Below are positions 59,508-64,000 of a stretch of DNA of 64,000 nucleotides, piece after piece. This DNA comes from Candidatus Limnocylindrales bacterium (GTDB lineage: Bacteria > Moduliflexota > Moduliflexia > Moduliflexales > JAUQPW01). The stretch is from the NCBI GenBank assembly GCA_035559535.1, contig DATMBG010000058.1:124001-188000 (forward strand), read 5' to 3'. Position 1 is the stretch's first letter. Every line of letters begins with the position of its first letter. A program made the position numbers and the translations under genes. The notes under the pieces are model-generated. The model saw only the letters and a program-made list of their open reading frames with translations, ran no database searches and was not told where the DNA came from.

Positions 59508-61808
59508 TTAGAACGGGAATCCTGCCGAGAAGTAAACCTGCCGTCTTCCCTCATCTCCAATCCCGAAATCCAGATAAATCGGACCAATTATGGTATCCAG
59601 TGCAAAACCGAAACTTCCTCCGTAACGGAGCCTGAGATTATTCTCTAAATCGTCCAGGGAGTCCCAAACATTTCCGGTGTTAAAAACCAGAGTTGCATAA
59701 GCACCTCTTCCCAGCCCCAGAGGGAGATCGAGTAATTTATAACGGTAGCCAAGTCTCAGAATAGCGATTTGATCCCCCCGAAGTTCTTCCCGCTCATACC
59801 CCATAAAGGAATCAGGTCCGCCAAAAAGATAATCCTCATAGGTGGGAAGATCGGTACCGAAGGAGGTCCCTAATTGGACTCCTACCGAGAAATGGTTTTT
59901 AGGGAAAGGAGAAAAAAACTTGGAATAATTAAAAGAAAGCCGATGGAAATTCGGGTCACCACCCAAGGATTTATTTGCAAAGTCGTAGATAAGATGGAAG
60001 ATACTTCCAGAATTCGGGAAAGGGAATTGATCCAGTGTATCTGCCTGGGAACTTAGAGAAATCATCGCTACATTCTCTCGGAATTCCGGAAGGTCTGGAC
60101 CTCCTACATCTACGGTAAAGTCTTCTCGCTTCCATTGATATCGAGAAGTAATCTCTCCCAGGTTTTTGAAGATGTTTCCGGCTACAAATTCAAACCCTTT
60201 AGCCCGATCTGTAAATTGACCCAGACGCCTTTGATTTTCAAAAATAAGCTGAAAATCATCTTTATAAAAGATTCGAGGATTGATAAAAAATCCAGAGTTA
60301 AACAGCCCATATCGGAAATACGAACTCTGAAAATTGAAAATGCTCCCAAATTGGACTTCTGTAGATAATTTAGAACTAGTTCCACCAAATCGGTTAAAGC
60401 TTAGATCTGCAATTCCTACTCCCTTATATTTATCGTCGTAACGAAATCCGAATCGCAGCAGGTTCGGTTCTCTTTCATTGATCTTGAGTTCTAAAATTTT
60501 TCCCCCACTTTTTCCTTCCTCCACATTCACCTTAACCGATTCAAAAAAACCGAACCCAAAGATTCTCCTGATTTTCTCCTGTAATTCCGTAAGCGATAAC
60601 GTCTCTCCTTTTTGGATCTCCAGGGTTTTCATTAATTGCAACTCTTTGATTTTGACATCGCCTTCGATTCTTACCTCTTCAATTTTGATTTCGCTTCTAG
60701 GTCCGGTTTTTATTCTGGTGGATTGGGTAGGTGGGGGCTGATTAGACTGGTACTTTTTTAAGGAGTCTGCCAGGTCCCGCAGCCGTTGGATTTCCTTTCT
60801 GGCGGCTTCTTCGCCTTTTTCAATTAACAGACGAGCTTTGGTGAAATCAGACGCAGAATAATCCTTCAGATCTGGGGTGATCACAATATCTGCAAGGGCT
60901 AATTGTTGTTCTGTCGAATGGGCTATTTGCAAAGAAATGGCTTGATCGATAATTGCAAAGAAAGATTGGAGATCTTCTTTTTTTCTCAGGGGTGTCGAGA
61001 CATTCACGGCAATGACCTTATCTGCGCCCATATTTTTAACCACATCCACCGGAACGTTTTTGACAAGTCCGCCGTCTACCAGGAGTTTATCTCCCCATTC
61101 TACCGGGGTAAAAACCAGGGGAACCGCAATACTCGCCCGCATCGCTTCTGGCAGCGATAGCTGACTCCCGTCCAGAAGAACTTCAGCACCGGTGACAATA
61201 TCGGTGGCAACGGCCCGGTAGGGGATTTTAAGGTCGTCGAAATTTGTAATACCCGCAGCGGGGATAGTCAAAAGGGCCAGGAGGTTAGAGAGCTTCTGTC
61301 CAGCAGATAAACCACTGGGGATCTGGAGCTTATATCCTTTAAATCCGATCTCCAGAAGGTATTTGGAGACCTCTTTTTTCTGCTCGAAAAAAAGGGTTTT
61401 TCGGGGCGGGTTATCACGGAAGGCATCTTGCCAATTCATGGTCACCGCCAGGCGGGCAAGTTCTTCCGGTGAGTATCCCAGGGCGTATAGACCTCCCATG
61501 ACACTCCCCATACTGGTTCCTGCAATTCGATCTATGGGAATTCCTACTTCCTCTAATACTTTTAAAACCCCGATATGGGCAAAACCCCGGGCCCCTCCCC
61601 CACTTAGGGCAAGACCTATTTTAGGCCGAGGAGAACTTAACTCCCCGGGTCCCTTTTCATTCTTGAAAGGAGACCCGGTTTCCTTTTCCTGGGTTAAGGA
61701 AGGTTTGGGCGAGGAGTTATCTATCTGGCCTTTAGCCGAAAGGCAAAAGGTAAAGGGTAAAAGGTAAAAGGTAAAAATAGCAAAGCAGCGAAATAGACAA
61801 TTATTCAA
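59508..61808 (-). CDS. Patatin-POTRA-Omp85 fusion (PlpD-like, type Vd)
   Basis: LSGGGARG, GTSMG, VDGG catalytic motifs; POTRA-like segment; barrel ending VYFSAGFPF. Confidence 0.9.
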   Translation of the reverse strand: MNNCLFRCFAIFTFYLLPFTFCLSAKGQIDNSSPKPSLTQEKETGSPFKNEKGPGELSSPRPKIGLALSGGGARGFAHIGVLKVLEEVGIPIDRIAGTSMGSVMGGLYALGYSPEELARLAVTMNWQDAFRDNPPRKTLFFEQKKEVSKYLLEIGFKGYKLQIPSGLSAGQKLSNLLALLTIPAAGITNFDDLKIPYRAVATDIVTGAEVLLDGSQLSLPEAMRASIAVPLVFTPVEWGDKLLVDGGLVKNVPVDVVKNMGADKVIAVNVSTPLRKKEDLQSFFAIIDQAISLQIAHSTEQQLALADIVITPDLKDYSASDFTKARLLIEKGEEAARKEIQRLRDLADSLKKYQSNQPPPTQSTRIKTGPRSEIKIEEVRIEGDVKIKELQLMKTLEIQKGETLSLTELQEKIRRIFGFGFFESVKVNVEEGKSGGKILELKINEREPNLLRFGFRYDDKYKGVGIADLSFNRFGGTSSKLSTEVQFGSIFNFQSSYFRYGLFNSGFFINPRIFYKDDFQLIFENQRRLGQFTDRAKGFEFVAGNIFKNLGEITSRYQWKREDFTVDVGGPDLPEFRENVAMISLSSQADTLDQFPFPNSGSIFHLIYDFANKSLGGDPNFHRLSFNYSKFFSPFPKNHFSVGVQLGTSFGTDLPTYEDYLFGGPDSFMGYEREELRGDQIAILRLGYRYKLLDLPLGLGRGAYATLVFNTGNVWDSLDDLENNLRLRYGGSFGFALDTIIGPIYLDFGIGDEGRRQVYFSAGFPF

Positions 61809-61829
61809 GTCTGAAATGGATTTTTGTAA

Positions 61830-62108
61830 TCAAAAGGTAATATCAAACTGTTTAAACTCTCCGGTATATTTCTCATTTTGCACATTAATCCGCTCCACCA
61901 CAGATCCCGGAGGGCCTTTTTGGCACCATTTTATAAATTGAGCAATAGCCTCTTCTTCCCCTTCAGCTACAGCTTCTACACGTCCATCTCGAAGGTTTCT
62001 AACCCAGCCGGTTAAACCTAAACTCCGGGCTTTGTGGAGGGCACTGGCCCGATAACCAACACCCTGAACGTATCCTTCAATATAAAGATGTACCCGAGCT
62101 TTGGACAT
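61830..62108 (-). CDS. acyP: Acylphosphatase
   Basis: GYVQGVGYR, GWVRNLRDGRVE, GPP. Confidence 0.95.
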   Translation of the reverse strand: MSKARVHLYIEGYVQGVGYRASALHKARSLGLTGWVRNLRDGRVEAVAEGEEEAIAQFIKWCQKGPPGSVVERINVQNEKYTGEFKQFDITF

Positions 62109-62201
62109 AGTATAGATGTCTGAGAATAGGAGGAAATAAAGGTAGGAAAGCAGAGAGGTTCTCACGCTTTATTTTCATACTTCCATGCCTTCCTGCTCTT
62201 A

Positions 62202-63236
62202 TTATATCCCGATGTACCTGGCATAAAGTCCTTTTGCGACGAGCGGGTCTTTGACCCCTTTGATAATGCTTCGGCCATCAGGAAATAGGGTCATTTCGAA
62301 TCCGTTAACTTTAAATTTGAGGATGTAAGCATTATAGCTGACCTCACCCAGAGATTGAAGTTTTTGAGCCAGACTTTCAAACTGAATCTGTACAGGGGTT
62401 TTATGGCTAATTTGTACCGCATCACGACCGCAGAGAACCGTCATATAGGAACCTTCTTTTCCTTCCAGGAATTCAAAGTTACCTTGCTTACAGGTGGGAC
62501 AGTTGGCGGCTTCCCTTGAATGAGAAATGTCGACCTTTGTAAAACTCCCCTCCCAGATATCAACCATGACGATTTCTTTCCGTAAGGCTTTCCAGTTTTG
62601 GGTTAGAATTTTTAACCCTTCCGTAACCTGAATCGAAGCAATGACATTTACAATCGGTGCAATAACTCCGGCTGTATCACACGTCGGGGTAGCTCCTGCC
62701 GGGGGAGCTGTTTCCAGCACACAACGCAGACAAGGAGTCTCATAGGGAATAATCGTCATGGAAAGACCATAACTACTTACACAAGCTCCATAAATCCAGG
62801 GAATTTTATGCTTTACACAGGCATCGTTGATCAGGTAGCGGGTTTCGAAGTTATCGGTCCCATCCATAACCAGGTCCGCACCTTCCAGGATACTTTCGAT
62901 ATTTGTGGGGTTAACGTCGGTTACCAGAGACTCGATTTGGATATGGGAGTTGATTTTCTCCAGTTTTCTTTGAGCAGCCACAGCTTTAGGAAGATTTTCT
63001 CGAACATCTTCTTCATCAAACAGAATTTGACGTTGGAGATTATTCTCTTCCACAAAATCCCGATCTACAATTTTTAGCCTTCCCACTCCGGCCCTGGCCA
63101 GGGAACTGGCTATAACCGTTCCTAAAGCACCGCAGCCGATGACGACCGCATAACTCTTCAGGAGCTTTCGCTGACCTTCTTCTCCGATTCCCGGGAAGAA
63201 GATCTGGCGAGAGTATCTTTCTAAATTTTTATCCAT
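62202..63236 (-). CDS. ThiF/MoeB-family adenylyltransferase
   Basis: RYSRQ, GCGALG, NLQRQ, DGTDNFETR, CLRC, TCDTAG, CPTC, LCGRDAVQ. Confidence 0.94.
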   Translation of the reverse strand: MDKNLERYSRQIFFPGIGEEGQRKLLKSYAVVIGCGALGTVIASSLARAGVGRLKIVDRDFVEENNLQRQILFDEEDVRENLPKAVAAQRKLEKINSHIQIESLVTDVNPTNIESILEGADLVMDGTDNFETRYLINDACVKHKIPWIYGACVSSYGLSMTIIPYETPCLRCVLETAPPAGATPTCDTAGVIAPIVNVIASIQVTEGLKILTQNWKALRKEIVMVDIWEGSFTKVDISHSREAANCPTCKQGNFEFLEGKEGSYMTVLCGRDAVQISHKTPVQIQFESLAQKLQSLGEVSYNAYILKFKVNGFEMTLFPDGRSIIKGVKDPLVAKGLYARYIGI

Positions 63237-63253
63237 AAATTTGTTAACTTTAT

Positions 63254-63775
63254 TTACAATTTCTTAGGTTCTTCCTTTTTGGCACGCTTTTTAAGCTTTC
63301 TTTTAATGAGATCTTGTTTAAGACGGCTGAGCCGATCTATAAACAAAATACCGTTCAAATGATCGATTTCATGTTGGATGACCCGGGCCAGGAAAGTATC
63401 GGTGGTAAAGCTAACCGGCTTTCCATTTTCATCTAAGGCTTCTACGGAGATTTTTTTAGCCCGGACGACTTCACCGGATATTTCGGGAATGCTTAAACAT
63501 CCCTCCTCATCGGAAGTCGAACCCTCTGAGTGGGTTATAACCGGGTTAATGAGCTTCATCAACTTTGCCCCTTCATCCTTTGGGCTGGCATCCACCACAA
63601 TAACCCGAAGCGAGACTCCGACTTGAGGAGCGGCTAAACCAACTCCCGGCGCCGCATACATGGTTTCAACCATATCATCCAACAGACGCCGAATAGAATC
63701 ATCGATTTGTTCAACAGGTTTGGCTTTTTGTTTCAAAATAGGATCTGGATATTCTTTAATCTCTAAGATGGCCAT
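63254..63775 (-). CDS. def: Peptide deformylase
   Basis: GVGLAAPQ, EGCLS, QHEIDHLNG. Confidence 0.97.
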   Translation of the reverse strand: MAILEIKEYPDPILKQKAKPVEQIDDSIRRLLDDMVETMYAAPGVGLAAPQVGVSLRVIVVDASPKDEGAKLMKLINPVITHSEGSTSDEEGCLSIPEISGEVVRAKKISVEALDENGKPVSFTTDTFLARVIQHEIDHLNGILFIDRLSRLKQDLIKRKLKKRAKKEEPKKL

Positions 63776-63851
63776 TTTTATTGATTCAGATCTGATCAGG
63801 TAAAACGAAGTGTTATAGGGGTTTTATTTTAAAACGGAATAGCACTTCGCT

Positions 63852-64000
63852 TTACGTACCTGAACTTTCAAAACCAACTCCGGTTACGGTTACTTTACCG
63901 TATTTTCCTTTTTCTTCCTGAATTTGAAACTGAACCGGAAGAAATTTTTGGATGACCGCGACATTGGTAAAAAGATGTTGGGTTAGACGAGAAGTTGTAA
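63852..64000 (-). CDS. rtcA: RNA 3'-terminal phosphate cyclase, C-terminal end (partial)
   Basis: Manual translation ...TTSRLTQHLFTNVAVIQKFLPVQFQI...*, matching the RtcA T-x-HL-x-TN-x-x-VI-x-x-FL motif. Confidence 0.7.
   Translation of the reverse strand, partial: TTSRLTQHLFTNVAVIQKFLPVQFQIQEEKGKYGKVTVTGVGFESSGT

Overview
Bacterial chromosomal window, mostly housekeeping and metabolic genes. It opens with a de novo purine cluster (purC-S-Q-[orphan]-L-F-M-N-D-E-K; purH and purB absent). Next come an HDAC-family deacetylase, nth, a 1321-aa polytopic membrane protein, a GT4 glycosyltransferase interrupted by an in-frame TGA, glutamate dehydrogenase, and tRNA-Leu(CAA)/tRNA-Ala(GGC). The middle holds peptide- and polyamine-type ABC genes (each incomplete), a tandem-domain ThyX, a bactofilin-gcvH-lipoyl transferase-TPR run and a secreted metzincin with FG-GAP repeats. 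The last third has a CoxMSL-type molybdoenzyme split by a decayed TIR/MITE-like insert, a divergent rpsU missed by the ORF track, a PlpD-like patatin-Omp85 protein, acyP, a ThiF/MoeB enzyme, def and a partial rtcA. No CRISPR array, integrase or intact transposase was seen. The most notable unexplained signals are: (i) the in-frame UGA followed by a SECIS-like hairpin; (ii) an unassigned, alternatively folding RNA in the leader of the peptide ABC operon; (iii) many 7-9-nt tandem-repeat palindromes at gene junctions, several translated into proteins; and (iv) a 110-bp tandem duplication of two convergent gene ends. All family calls come from motif recognition by eye; no searches were run.
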